Under the pieces are notes generated by a model, which did not search any database, was not told where the DNA came from, and saw only the letters and a program-made list of their open reading frames with translations. DNA of 64,000 bases, from NCBI GenBank assembly GCA_038245785.1, contig JBBRSB010000004.1:64001-128000 (forward strand), written 5' to 3'. Each line of letters starts with the position of its first letter. Position 1 is the first letter of the stretch. The DNA is from Gloeobacterales cyanobacterium (lineage in GTDB: Bacteria; Cyanobacteriota; Cyanobacteriia; Gloeobacterales; PMM-0068). Shown piece after piece: positions 9,424-19,594 of the stretch. Position numbers and translations under genes: made by a program.

Positions 9424-9943
9424 ACCAAGGCGTTCCATCGCTTCCAGGTGGCTTTTCGTGCCATAGCCTTTGTGAGAAGCCAAATTATAGCCTGGATAAC
9501 GAACCTCCCATTCCGTCATCATCTGATCTCGGTGAACTTTAGCAAGCACGCTGGCAGCGGCAATCAAGGGCTCTTTCAAGTCACCTTGAATAATCATTCT
9601 TTGAGGAAGGGAAAAGTTTGGAATTGGACGATTTCCATCTATGAGTGCTCGTTGGGGAACGGGCCCAAGCTTTTGCACAGCTCGTATCATGGCCAGAAAA
9701 GTGGCCTGTAGAATATTAACGGTATCAATTTCCTGAACGCTGGCTTCTCCAACAGCCCAGACTATAGCCATGGCTTGGATTTGGGCTGCTAAAACCTGTC
9801 GTGTGGATGCAGAAAGACGTTTAGAATCTGTTAGCCCTTGGGCGACAAGATAGCGTAGCGACTCGGTTGGAATAACCACAGCCGCTGCTACCACGGGTCC
9901 AAAGAGACAGCCTCTTCCTACTTCATCTATTCCGCAGGGGATT
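9358..9943 (-). CDS. rnhB: ribonuclease HII (start codon unresolved; overlaps the 3' end of rne)
   Basis: DSKRLS, IDGN, IAAASVLAKV.RD, HKGYGT; in-frame upstream extension IPCGIDEVGRGCLFGP carries the catalytic motif. Confidence 0.9.
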
Positions 9944-12233
9944 GCTCCGGGGGGGAGTCTTGTCCACTCGGCTCTTGATTCTGTAGGTCCAAGGTGAGTT
10001 CCTTGATCGCTTCAGCGCCCTCATCGGCAGATTCAGATTTACGCCGCTTGCGGGGAGGGGCTGGTATCCGTTTCTTTCGGGCAGGGGCTGATTTTGCTTT
10101 GGGTGTTTCTTGCTCCAGCATGCCCTCTAGAGGCAGTACTTCAGAGGAGGCGGAATCCAAATCCATAGGAAGTTCTTCCGATACTTCCTTTTTCTCCTTC
10201 CTTTCTCTTAGCTTGGGCATGACCTCACTCGCACCTGTAGAACGACGACGACGGCGGGCACGATCATCTACAGTAACTTCTGCATCAGGTTCCTGTGTGA
10301 ACACTTCCTGTACTGCTGTTACTTCAGGGACAGTTGCTTCGGCAACCGCCTCCACCTCTATAGAAGGCGCAGAGGCAACGGCCACAGACACAGGAGCACT
10401 CTTGGTCTCTTCAAACCTCTGCCCAGCGCGACGACGACGACGACGACGTTCCTGTTCAATCTCTTCTTCTGGCTCTGGAACGCGCACAGAGAGAATAGAG
10501 CTCTTGCTCAATCGGTCTTCCAAGCCCACATCCGGTATGGACTTTACCTCCAAGCCGCCATTTTCCTGAGGTATGGAAGACACGGCAGTGGCTACATTTT
10601 CCAATCCATCCGGAGTAGCAAACTCTTCTCCCTGCATGGACAAAGTACTAGGAACAGCGTTTTCCTGCCGAAAAGCCTTGGTCGTGCGGGAGATTCGCCC
10701 TTCCTCCACCTCAGGTCCTCGTTCAGCCCCTCGCTGAGCGCGGGTAGAGATACCACCTGTACGAGGTTCGGGCCGACTACCACGGCGACGGTCATTCCAG
10801 CTAGGACGGTCTCCTGCAGCAGGAGTATTTCCCCGACGGCGGTCCTGACGAAACGTAGGATGCTCTGAAAGCTCCACATCTGCGGTGCTCGTAGCTTCTA
10901 CAAAGTCCGAATCCCCGGTTGCCATCGGGAATTCTTGATAAGCAAAGGCTGCGGTCTCTTCTTCTTGCGGTGTTTCTGTCGTTCCAGCCCGACCGGCACT
11001 AGCGGGCAAGGCAGGAATGATACCCTGCGCATCACAGACAGTACAGTTTTTGCCAAATACTTCATAGATGCTCTGCCCTTGACGTTTACGGGTCAGCTCC
11101 ACCAATCCTAATTCTGAAAGCTGAGCAATCTGTGGGCGGGACTTATCAGACTTAAGGGCTTTGGAAAAATGCTCCAGGACCTGCATTTTGTCCCGCATCG
11201 AATCCATGTCGATGAAATCCACCACAATCACGCCGGCAATATTACGTAACCTAAGCTGGCGAGCAATTTCAGTGGCGGCCTCGCAGTTGGTCCAGAGCAC
11301 TGTTTCACGGGAGGTGGCAGAGCGGGTAAAGCTACCAGAGTTGACATCAATTACAGTAAGCGCTTCGGTGGGCTCGATCACTACATAGCCACCAGAGGGC
11401 AGGTCTACTCTTGGTTTCAAGGCTTCTCGAATAGCGGCGGTGACCCGGTAGAAGTCCAACATGGAGGAGGCTTCTTTGTGGTGCTCGACATAGACGCCAT
11501 TAGGCATTCTGCCGGCATTCCATTGGAGCAAAGCCTGTTTCACTCGCTTTTGGCCAAAGGAACTATCGGTCACAATCCGATTGACTTCAGCCGTGTAGGT
11601 ATCGCGCAGGACCCTCTGAATAAAATCTTCATCCCGGTTCATCAAAGCCGGAGGGCGAGTAGATTGGGTTTTCTGTTGAATCTTTTCCCACTGCTTTTTA
11701 AGATATTCTAAATCCCGGATGATCGCCTGTTCATCCATGCCTTCGGCTTCGGTTCTGACCAGAAGCCCCATTCCTTCAGGCTTTACTAAGACCGCTAAAG
11801 CGCGGAGACGATGGCGTTCATCTTCATCTCGAATTCGCCTAGATAGATTTACACCCCGACCACTGGGCATCAAAACCAGAAATCGCCCTGGCAAGGTGAT
11901 ATTCCCGGTTAATCTAGGTCCCTTGTTGCCAGTAGGTTCCTTCATAACCTGGACCAGCACTTTTTGCTGGGGAGTTACCAACTCAGTAATTGGTGCGATG
12001 CTCCGTTTGAGTCGAATCGGTCCTAAATCAGAAACATGAATAAAGCCATTGCGTTCTGGATTGCCTATATTCACAAAAGCAGCATCGATCGAAGGAAGAA
12101 CGTTTTCCACGACTCCCAGATAAATATCTCCTACCTGATGGGAGCCCTGGGCAACGACCAGCTCTTGAATTTGGTCTTCAGAGAAGACCGCCGCAAGACG
12201 GTGCTGCTCGGCAATGATAATTTGCTTCGGCAT
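9927..12233 (-). CDS. rne: ribonuclease E/G
   Basis: S1 domain, IDVNSG, RQLRLRNIAGVIVVDFIDM; disordered C-tail with poly-Arg motifs. Confidence 0.97.
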   Translation of the reverse strand: MPKQIIIAEQHRLAAVFSEDQIQELVVAQGSHQVGDIYLGVVENVLPSIDAAFVNIGNPERNGFIHVSDLGPIRLKRSIAPITELVTPQQKVLVQVMKEPTGNKGPRLTGNITLPGRFLVLMPSGRGVNLSRRIRDEDERHRLRALAVLVKPEGMGLLVRTEAEGMDEQAIIRDLEYLKKQWEKIQQKTQSTRPPALMNRDEDFIQRVLRDTYTAEVNRIVTDSSFGQKRVKQALLQWNAGRMPNGVYVEHHKEASSMLDFYRVTAAIREALKPRVDLPSGGYVVIEPTEALTVIDVNSGSFTRSATSRETVLWTNCEAATEIARQLRLRNIAGVIVVDFIDMDSMRDKMQVLEHFSKALKSDKSRPQIAQLSELGLVELTRKRQGQSIYEVFGKNCTVCDAQGIIPALPASAGRAGTTETPQEEETAAFAYQEFPMATGDSDFVEATSTADVELSEHPTFRQDRRRGNTPAAGDRPSWNDRRRGSRPEPRTGGISTRAQRGAERGPEVEEGRISRTTKAFRQENAVPSTLSMQGEEFATPDGLENVATAVSSIPQENGGLEVKSIPDVGLEDRLSKSSILSVRVPEPEEEIEQERRRRRRRAGQRFEETKSAPVSVAVASAPSIEVEAVAEATVPEVTAVQEVFTQEPDAEVTVDDRARRRRRSTGASEVMPKLRERKEKKEVSEELPMDLDSASSEVLPLEGMLEQETPKAKSAPARKKRIPAPPRKRRKSESADEGAEAIKELTLDLQNQEPSGQDSPPEQSPAE

Positions 12234-13092
12234 GAAGCCTCCTGTTAAAAAGCCGCCATTCTTAGGGCGGGTTTACTAATACTGGTACTGGAGAGTGTCC
12301 TGCATTCTGTTTGTCAGGATGCACTCGACAAGAAAGTTCTCAGAGCAAGCTCAGCTACAAAAAAGACGATCATGACTATGAGGTGAGCCCTTCTCTTCCG
12401 TATCCTTACGCATCCAAACATGCAGCAAGCGCACGCATCAATGCTTCGCATTCAGAGGAACGACCCTACGCCTTTTAAGAGGCCTTACTCTGGCAGTTGA
12501 CATTCCGTTAGGTCTAAGGCCACAGAATGGCGGCACTTATAACCGCTGGATTCTTGGGCTATCCACTGCTTACCAACACAAACCTTGATAAAGCTGAAGT
12601 GAACATGTCTAGGCTATGCTACCTACTCCTCAAGCATGCCCCAGTTTTTTATATTAATTAAAACCGGAGTTTCCCCGGTGCCTACCAGGTACTCGCCCCA
12701 AGTATATCATTAGATCTACGGAATCTACGCTCCCCTTGATTCCCACCGCCATTCGGGAACACTAGCACCTTAGAACCTTAAGAAAATGGATGGTTTGCTC
12801 TACTTTTCTAAGGCATCCGAAATACTAAAGGCATAGACCTCAACTGCTCTTAAAGCCTATGTTTAACGCTGTTTTAGTGATCCTTACGCTCCTTTTCATC
12901 CCTACCCTACTTTTCTTTTGTACAAAAGGTGGATTTTACGATACTGAGCACTACACAGGCAATGGTTCAGCCCATGGCAAAGAGTCAGAAGACTAGAGGG
13001 TCGGGACCGGAAGTAAGTAGATATTTATCAAAAGAAGTTCAGAGTATTCTGAATGCTCTCGTATCATTAGATAGACTCCCTTTATAGCCAAA

Positions 13093-14376
13093 ATGGCCCT
13101 AGACTCGTCCCCTCTTACTCCAGCAAAACCGCCTCGCCTTACATGGCTGGCTCCGACCCTCGCCTTGGCAGGTATAGCAGTCTTAGCCTCCGGAGCTTTT
13201 TGGATAAACCACGTCCGGGAGCAAGCCGTTTTGGTAGAAAGTGCTTACCAAGCAGCCCACCATAAGACTTCAGAGTATTTTAGTCTGGTGGAGTCAAGAG
13301 AGCAGGCCATTCAGCAAGCCAACCCTGATCGGGTAGAACACCTAGACAAAGTGTTGGCGAAGGAGCGTCAAGAGCTTATTCAGAGTCTTGAAAGCTACAT
13401 TGCCGCTATTTCCCATCTGCCGCAGAAGGAACTGACGCAGCATCTCAATGATTTAGAAGCAGGCAAGATCGAGGCTTCAGTCCGCTCCTTTGAGGGCGTA
13501 GGCCGTTTGGTCGAGCTACAGGTTTCTGAAACAGAAGACCAATCCCGTGAGCCCGAGCTAAACCAACGTCGTGTCAGTTTTTGGCTTTCGGGAGGAGACC
13601 GGACCCGTGTGGCCAGCTTGAACGACTTTTCTGAGGACCCAGATGCTCAGGTAGAGCAGTTGGGCCTAATCCAACCAGCACCCAATAGTGTGAGCCCGTT
13701 CCCAGTGCTCGTGGTTACAGGAAAACGCAAAGCCTTAGACTGGTCTACCCCCTGGATAGAAATTTTTCAGGTGCAGCCAGACCATATTGAAAAAGTGACG
13801 GCGAAAGTCTTTCCCGTGACCCTCTTAGAGTCTTCTCTGGGGGAAAGTCCGACCCTCAAACCGGATAACAGTTTTGTCATAGAACGCCATTTGCTCGACC
13901 CAGAGCGGGTCATGGCTCCCTGCGATAGCTGCGGACTCCTGGGCTATCACAGCCAATTCCAGTGGGAAAACGGGCATTATCAAATGACCGAAAATACGCT
14001 TTTGAATACGCCAGACAATGTGGCCTACGCTGGTTTGGTTTATCTCAAAAAACGGAACCAATCACCTGCCTGGACTAAACCCTTTTTGTCCAATAGTTTC
14101 CGTCAGCAAGCAGACCGCTTCGCCCCCTTCAATCCTAATGACTACGAGGTCTGGGAGCAGGGCTTTGTCGTAAGTGACCAGGTGCAAAGCAAAAATTCTG
14201 TAATTTTTTCTCTAGACGGTGTAGCTACGGGTAAGCTCACAGTCGTCCACACGCCTCAAGGTCCATGGAAAGCGCAATCGGTCCAGGGAAGTTTTTGGAC
14301 TCCTGCGCAACCTAGACAATTAAACTCTGAATCAGAGCAAAATGGGACAGATTCTGCCTTGCCAGAAGCCGCTTAA
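13093..14376 (+). CDS. hypothetical exported/membrane-anchored protein
   Basis: 427-aa ORF with N-terminal TM and a CDSC motif; no family recognised. Confidence 0.7.
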   Translation: MALDSSPLTPAKPPRLTWLAPTLALAGIAVLASGAFWINHVREQAVLVESAYQAAHHKTSEYFSLVESREQAIQQANPDRVEHLDKVLAKERQELIQSLESYIAAISHLPQKELTQHLNDLEAGKIEASVRSFEGVGRLVELQVSETEDQSREPELNQRRVSFWLSGGDRTRVASLNDFSEDPDAQVEQLGLIQPAPNSVSPFPVLVVTGKRKALDWSTPWIEIFQVQPDHIEKVTAKVFPVTLLESSLGESPTLKPDNSFVIERHLLDPERVMAPCDSCGLLGYHSQFQWENGHYQMTENTLLNTPDNVAYAGLVYLKKRNQSPAWTKPFLSNSFRQQADRFAPFNPNDYEVWEQGFVVSDQVQSKNSVIFSLDGVATGKLTVVHTPQGPWKAQSVQGSFWTPAQPRQLNSESEQNGTDSALPEAA

Positions 14377-15071
14377 ATGCCAATTCCGGAAAATTGAATC
14401 CCGGTACGCCCTTCTCTCCGGTAAGAATAAAAGAGCTGTTCCTCTTGATAGGTACAGTAGGGTGCTAGCGCAATGTGTATTTCTAGAACACCGACAGCAA
14501 GGGCTTGTTGACGATTTACTTCTCGCACATCTAGCCTCACTTTGCCTTCTTCAGCGTCTGGCATAAACGCTTTGGCTGGATAGGCAATAGTCTTGATTAC
14601 TTCGTCCGCTACGGCTTGATGAACAGGATAATAATCTCCTGAAATAGCAGGTCCCAAAGCAACGCGGATTCGCTCCGGTTTTGCTCCCCGCAAAATCATG
14701 TGCTGAATGGCGCGCGGGAGTATCTTAGCAGCAGTTCCTCGCCAGCCAGCATGAACAGCGGCAACCATAGAATGCTCAGGGTCTAGCAAGAGTGCTGGCA
14801 CACAGTCTGCGCTTTTGGCCCAAGTCGTAACGCCGGGCGTACTGCTGACTAAACCATCTCCTTCTAAGTCTGCCGTTGCTTTCTCTGCATCAAATATCAG
14901 GGCGCTATGGATCTGTTTGAGATGATAAGCCTGCTCTGGAGGATGACCTAGCGCAGAAGCCAAGGGACCAGGAGCACGGTGAGGATTGCGGGTAAAAAAT
15001 CCGTGGGGGAAGGGCTGTAGGAGTTCACATTCAAGCCAACTGACTACGCCAGAAGTTTTCAACTGCCACAT
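14373..15071 (-). CDS. pgeF: PgeF/YfiH laccase-like purine nucleoside phosphorylase
   Basis: HGFFTR, KQIHS, ADCVP, AVHAGWRG, FYSYRR. Confidence 0.92.
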   Translation of the reverse strand: MWQLKTSGVVSWLECELLQPFPHGFFTRNPHRAPGPLASALGHPPEQAYHLKQIHSALIFDAEKATADLEGDGLVSSTPGVTTWAKSADCVPALLLDPEHSMVAAVHAGWRGTAAKILPRAIQHMILRGAKPERIRVALGPAISGDYYPVHQAVADEVIKTIAYPAKAFMPDAEEGKVRLDVREVNRQQALAVGVLEIHIALAPYCTYQEEQLFYSYRREGRTGIQFSGIGI

Positions 15072-16231
15072 AAACCACCTCCCAAGCGCAAAAGACGACC
15101 CGTTTGTTCCGCACTCCACTCTAGATGACGTGTAGCTCGGCTCAAAATCTCTGTGGCATCGAATAGGCAGGGCACACTATCGACTACGGCCATTGCCCCT
15201 TTCTGGGATAAATCAGAGGATAGCAAATCTGTAGCCGCTTCTAGATCTACGGCACCGCCTAGGAGAATGACAGGCGTTTGGACTTTTTGACAGCACTCCA
15301 ATACACCCATAATCGTCTTGCCATAGAGGGTTTGCCTGTCTATCATGCCCTCTCCTGTAATCACTAAATCCGCACGGGCCGCTTGTTGTTGAAAGTCTAA
15401 AATCTCCAGAACTACCTCTATGCCTGGGCGAAAAGAGGCCCCTAGGGCATAAAGGGCAAACCCTAAGCCTCCAGCTGCTCCTGCTCCCGGAAGGTCATGA
15501 TAAATCTCTCCCACGGAACATTCTAAGATTGCGGCATAATCTGTCATCCGCTGCTCCAACGTTTCTACCATTTCTGGAGAAGCTCCTTTTTGTGGACCGT
15601 AAACGCGAGCAGCTCCCTCAGGACCCAGTAGTGGATTGCGAACATCACAGGCAACCGTAATCTCCAGATGCTTTAAACGCGCTCGAAGGGCAGGCAGGGC
15701 GGCAATCAGATCTACTTGAGCCAGCCCTGGGCCTCCCCAGGCAACGGGGTCACCCTGTGGATCTAAAATCTTTACCCCCAAAGCCTGCAAGAGGCCAATA
15801 CCTCCATCCACAGTCGCAGAACCGCCCAACCCAATCAGTAGCCGTTGGACGGTCGGCTCTTGCAAAGCAGCCATCAACAGTTGCCCACTCCCAAAACTGG
15901 TGGTATTCCAAGGATTTCGCTCCGTCTGGGAGAGATGCTGAAGCCCTGAAGCTTCGGCTATATCCATCACTACCGTAGAACCGACCACGCCATAGCGCCC
16001 CTCAAAGCGTCGCCCTAAAGGATCCAACACCGTCACTGTCCGCCAGGTACCGTTTAGGGCGTTGACTAAAACTTCTGCGGTGCCCTCCCCTCCATCGGCC
16101 ACTGGCAAAGCGGTTATTTCCAGTTCAGGCCATCCTCTATGCAGTCCTCTGGTTATAGCTTCTACTGCAGCATGGGCACTGAGGCTACCTTTAAAAGAAT
16201 CTGGCGCAACAAGGACTTTTAGGGTTTTCAT
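15059..16231 (-). CDS. glycerate kinase (GlxK family)
   Basis: APDSFKGSL, PVADGGEGT, GLGGSATVDGG, GAGAAGGLG, ITGEG. Confidence 0.93.
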   Translation of the reverse strand: MKTLKVLVAPDSFKGSLSAHAAVEAITRGLHRGWPELEITALPVADGGEGTAEVLVNALNGTWRTVTVLDPLGRRFEGRYGVVGSTVVMDIAEASGLQHLSQTERNPWNTTSFGSGQLLMAALQEPTVQRLLIGLGGSATVDGGIGLLQALGVKILDPQGDPVAWGGPGLAQVDLIAALPALRARLKHLEITVACDVRNPLLGPEGAARVYGPQKGASPEMVETLEQRMTDYAAILECSVGEIYHDLPGAGAAGGLGFALYALGASFRPGIEVVLEILDFQQQAARADLVITGEGMIDRQTLYGKTIMGVLECCQKVQTPVILLGGAVDLEAATDLLSSDLSQKGAMAVVDSVPCLFDATEILSRATRHLEWSAEQTGRLLRLGGGLCGS

Positions 16232-16238
16232 GATTTCA

Positions 16239-17030
16239 CTACTTCATCGCAAACCGAATTACCAAAATCATAATTCCCAGACTTAGAGCCAATCCACCCC
16301 ACAGGTTGGGTAGGAGAAAGGTGGCAGTGATGCGATTTTTCTGTCCAAGAATGACATCCCATACTAAAACCCCATTTTCATTACGAGTAGCGTTAGACTG
16401 CCAGGGAGAGAATGGTAAACTAAGCGCAAATTCTAAGTTCACGAGTTGTGCCGGATTAATCATTAGTAAGTTACCCGAAGGCAAAGGAAGACTGGTTTGA
16501 GTTAGGTCAACGTCATAGGTCAAGGTGTAAGCATCCACCAGGAGCCAGGTTTGGGTTTGGACCTCAAATTTAGCGGTGGGCGCAGGCAAAGTATTCTGAA
16601 CGGGAAGGTATTGGATAGGTTGATAGGACTGGTTGGACTGATTAGATCGAAAAGCCAGGACTAAAGGTTCATTAAAAAAGCGATTGAACTTAGTTTCTAA
16701 CTCTTTGGGGTCCTTAAATGGGATCTGGAGCGCTAATTTCCCTTCTTGTATAGTGTCTACCTTCCCCCCCAAACCTTCTGTTCGTTTCTTTATAGAACGA
16801 ATAAATTGCTCATAGGGAAATCCAGACAAACGAACTAAGGCTGGTTCGATATCCAAATTCTGCGTAATCATGCCGCTTGCGTTCCAATTGAATTGCAGAC
16901 CCAATCGGTACTGGACGCAACCGCTCAAGGTAAGCAGCAAGATAAGCGGAACACAAAAGCGCACTAGGCGCTGTATCACATGGGAGGCGGGAGGCAGTAA
17001 ATTGGCCAAAGAGTTTTTCACAAACGGCAA
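16239..17030 (-). CDS. DUF3153-like lipoprotein/membrane protein
   Basis: Lipobox LSGC, C-terminal TM, LPF...SNA..LVW motif. Confidence 0.65.
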   Translation of the reverse strand: MPFVKNSLANLLPPASHVIQRLVRFCVPLILLLTLSGCVQYRLGLQFNWNASGMITQNLDIEPALVRLSGFPYEQFIRSIKKRTEGLGGKVDTIQEGKLALQIPFKDPKELETKFNRFFNEPLVLAFRSNQSNQSYQPIQYLPVQNTLPAPTAKFEVQTQTWLLVDAYTLTYDVDLTQTSLPLPSGNLLMINPAQLVNLEFALSLPFSPWQSNATRNENGVLVWDVILGQKNRITATFLLPNLWGGLALSLGIMILVIRFAMK

Positions 17031-17272
17031 TGGACTCCATCAGAGTTCACAACATCTTAGTCATCTAGCAGGGCTGCAACCATGACGTCTAATAGAACCT
17101 TTTAGCTCCCCTCGTCCTACTCTTCAGTTTATTAATATCAAAAGCTGTATGTGACTCTACTTCAATCTACGCTACCCATCAGGTAATCGTATGCTACGAG
17201 CGAGCTTTATAGAACCATGCTGCTATCGTTAGCCGTCTGTACCTGACAGCTGATGGAGGAGGGTTTAAAATC

Positions 17273-17349
17273 TGGTCGGGACGGCGGGATTTGAACCCAC
17301 GACCCCCACTACCCCAAAGTGGTGCGCTACCAAGCTGCGCTACGTCCCG
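17273..17349 (-). tRNA. trnP: tRNA-Pro(GGG)
   Basis: CGGGACGTAGCGCAGCTTGGTAGCGCACCACTTTGGGGTAGTGGGGGTCGTGGGTTCAAATCCCGCCGTCCCGACCA; cloverleaf, encoded CCA. Confidence 0.97.
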
Positions 17350-17523
17350 TGATCAATATATGCTTCCTAATCTAGCAAGCAGAGCTTAGAGATAGTACCA
17401 TAGCACGACCTCCTCCGTCCCAGGTCTGGTTTATTTTTTTGCATCTCTGCTTTCCTCTATAATTGTTCAGTGGAAAGCGCACAGGTGTACGCGCCTATCA
17501 AACAAGATTTAAAAGGAGTTGAG

Positions 17524-18570
17524 TTGGAAAGGGCTTATCGCATCGCGATTTTAGGTGCTACTGGAGTAGTAGGCACGGAACTCATCCAAATTCTGGAAGA
17601 GCGCAATTTTCCCGTGGATTCTCTTGTCCTTCTGGCTTCTGCCCGTTCTGCTGGGAAACAACTGCCCTACAAAGACACTTTCTTGCCTGTTCAAACTTTG
17701 AGCGAAAAATCTTTCGAAGGGATTGATTTGGTATTTGCTTCAGCGGGAGGCAGCCTATCCAAACAGTGGGCACCCGAGATTGTTCAGGCTAGAGCTACCC
17801 TGATTGACAATTCCTCCGCTTTTCGGATGACTCCTGGTGTGCCTTTGGTCGTGCCAGAGGTGAATCCAGAAGATTTAAGGCAGCATAAAGGCATTATTGC
17901 GAACCCTAACTGCTCCACGATTCTAATGGCCCTAGCTCTTTGGCCCCTCCATCAGGTAAAGCCGATTAAACGGGTGATCTGTAGTACCTATCAGGCGGCC
18001 AGTGGTGCTGGAGCTGCTGCCATGGAAGAGCTCAGTAATCAGACCAGGGATGTCCTCGCAGGAAAAGAGCCCAATCCTCAGGTCTTTCCACATCCGATTG
18101 CCTTCAATTTATTTCCGCACAATTCTCCAATGACCCAGAACCGCTACTGTGAGGAGGAGTTGAAGATGATTTATGAAACCCAAAAGATCTTCCACGAACC
18201 TAGCCTCCGAGTAAGCGCCACCTGTGTACGGGTCCCTGTACTACGAGCCCATGCTGAGTCGATCAATGTTGAATTTTATGAGCCCTTTGGCGTAGAAGAA
18301 GCCTCTGAACTCCTTAAACAAGCTCCAGGAGTGACTTTCACGGAAAACTGGCAGAGCAATACTTTTGCCATGCCTTTAGATGCCAGTGGAAAAGATCCTG
18401 TAATGGTAGGAAGGGTCCGCCAAGACCTCTCCTGCCCAGAAGCGCTGGAATTATGGCTCTGTGGAGACCAAATTCGCAAAGGTGCCGCCCTCAATGCGGT
18501 GCAAATTGGAGAGTGGCTCGTTCAACATGATTGCGTACGCCATAAATCAGATTTGGTTTTCCGTGCCTAA
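17524..18570 (+). CDS. asd: aspartate-semialdehyde dehydrogenase
   Basis: AILGATGVVG, DNSSAFRM, ANPNCST, SATCVRVPV, RKGAALNAVQI; TTG start after AAGGAG. Confidence 0.96.
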   Translation: MERAYRIAILGATGVVGTELIQILEERNFPVDSLVLLASARSAGKQLPYKDTFLPVQTLSEKSFEGIDLVFASAGGSLSKQWAPEIVQARATLIDNSSAFRMTPGVPLVVPEVNPEDLRQHKGIIANPNCSTILMALALWPLHQVKPIKRVICSTYQAASGAGAAAMEELSNQTRDVLAGKEPNPQVFPHPIAFNLFPHNSPMTQNRYCEEELKMIYETQKIFHEPSLRVSATCVRVPVLRAHAESINVEFYEPFGVEEASELLKQAPGVTFTENWQSNTFAMPLDASGKDPVMVGRVRQDLSCPEALELWLCGDQIRKGAALNAVQIGEWLVQHDCVRHKSDLVFRA

Positions 18571-18690
18571 AAATCCTGCTGCACGTCTTATTTATTCAAC
18601 CAATCTCATACCCTACAGAGAACCAATGCCTATAGAACACAAAGGGCCTGAAAAAACTGCAATCCATCGACCTTATCAGAGGAGCTTTGT

Positions 18691-19575
18691 ATGAAGCCAG
18701 CTTTTGGCAGGCTGCTCACAGCCATGGTGACCCCCTTTACCGCGGAAGGACAGGTTGATTATGAAATGGCTGCTCGCTTAGCCAATCACCTGGTAGAGCA
18801 AGGGAGTGAGGGTTTGGTTGTCTGTGGCACTACCGGCGAATCTCCTACGCTGACCTGGGATGAGGAATACCAGCTTTTTCAGGTGGTGCTTGAAAGTGTT
18901 GGGAGCCGAGCTGCCGTGCTTGCGGGGACAGGTTCCAACAGTACGCGCGAAGCAATAGTCGCCACTGCTAAAGCGGCTAAGCTAGGTTTACATGGTTCTT
19001 TGCAGGTCTGCCCCTACTACAACAAACCTCCGCAAGAGGGACTATATCAACACTTCAAAGCGATTGCCCAAAATGTAGACCTCCCCTTGCTTCTCTACAA
19101 CATTCCTGGGCGCACAGGGGTAAACCTCTTACCGGAGACGGTCGCTCGACTGTCAGAGATACCGAGTATCATAGGAGTAAAGGAAGCAGCTGGGTCCATA
19201 GAGCAGGTTTGTGCCATCCGAGAGCTCACCGGTTCTGATTTTCTAATCTACTCTGGAGACGATGCCTTAACCCTACCGTTCCTTTCCGTAGGAGCTCATG
19301 GCGTAATATCAGTTGCCGCTCATCTGGTTGGTCCTCAGATGCATCAGATGATAAAAGCCTTCACAACAGGTGACATCCACCAAGCACAAGCCTTCCATCA
19401 GAAGCTTTTGCCCTTGTTTAGAGCCTTGTTCCTCACCACCAATCCCATTCCTGTGAAGTGTGCTTTGGAATTGATGGGATGGCCCGTCGGACAACCGCGC
19501 TTACCTTTGGTCCAGGCCCCTGATAGCGTACGTGAACAGCTCAACAACGTTTTGAAAACCCTTTCTTTGAATTAA
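18691..19575 (+). CDS. dapA: 4-hydroxy-tetrahydrodipicolinate synthase
   Basis: [33 protein letters not shown]. Confidence 0.97.
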   Translation: MKPAFGRLLTAMVTPFTAEGQVDYEMAARLANHLVEQGSEGLVVCGTTGESPTLTWDEEYQLFQVVLESVGSRAAVLAGTGSNSTREAIVATAKAAKLGLHGSLQVCPYYNKPPQEGLYQHFKAIAQNVDLPLLLYNIPGRTGVNLLPETVARLSEIPSIIGVKEAAGSIEQVCAIRELTGSDFLIYSGDDALTLPFLSVGAHGVISVAAHLVGPQMHQMIKAFTTGDIHQAQAFHQKLLPLFRALFLTTNPIPVKCALELMGWPVGQPRLPLVQAPDSVREQLNNVLKTLSLN

Positions 19576-19594
19576 CAACACAACGAGGTAAACG

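Noticed and set aside
9994..10569. 191-aa plus-strand ORF and the many other short antisense ORFs (e.g. 17-379, 45307-45765, 47767-48213)
   Set aside because: They are shadow frames opposite well-supported genes, with no recognisable motifs.
17040..17349. Integrated element at tRNA-Pro
   Set aside because: No integrase and no duplicated tRNA 3' end seen; the flanks are housekeeping genes.
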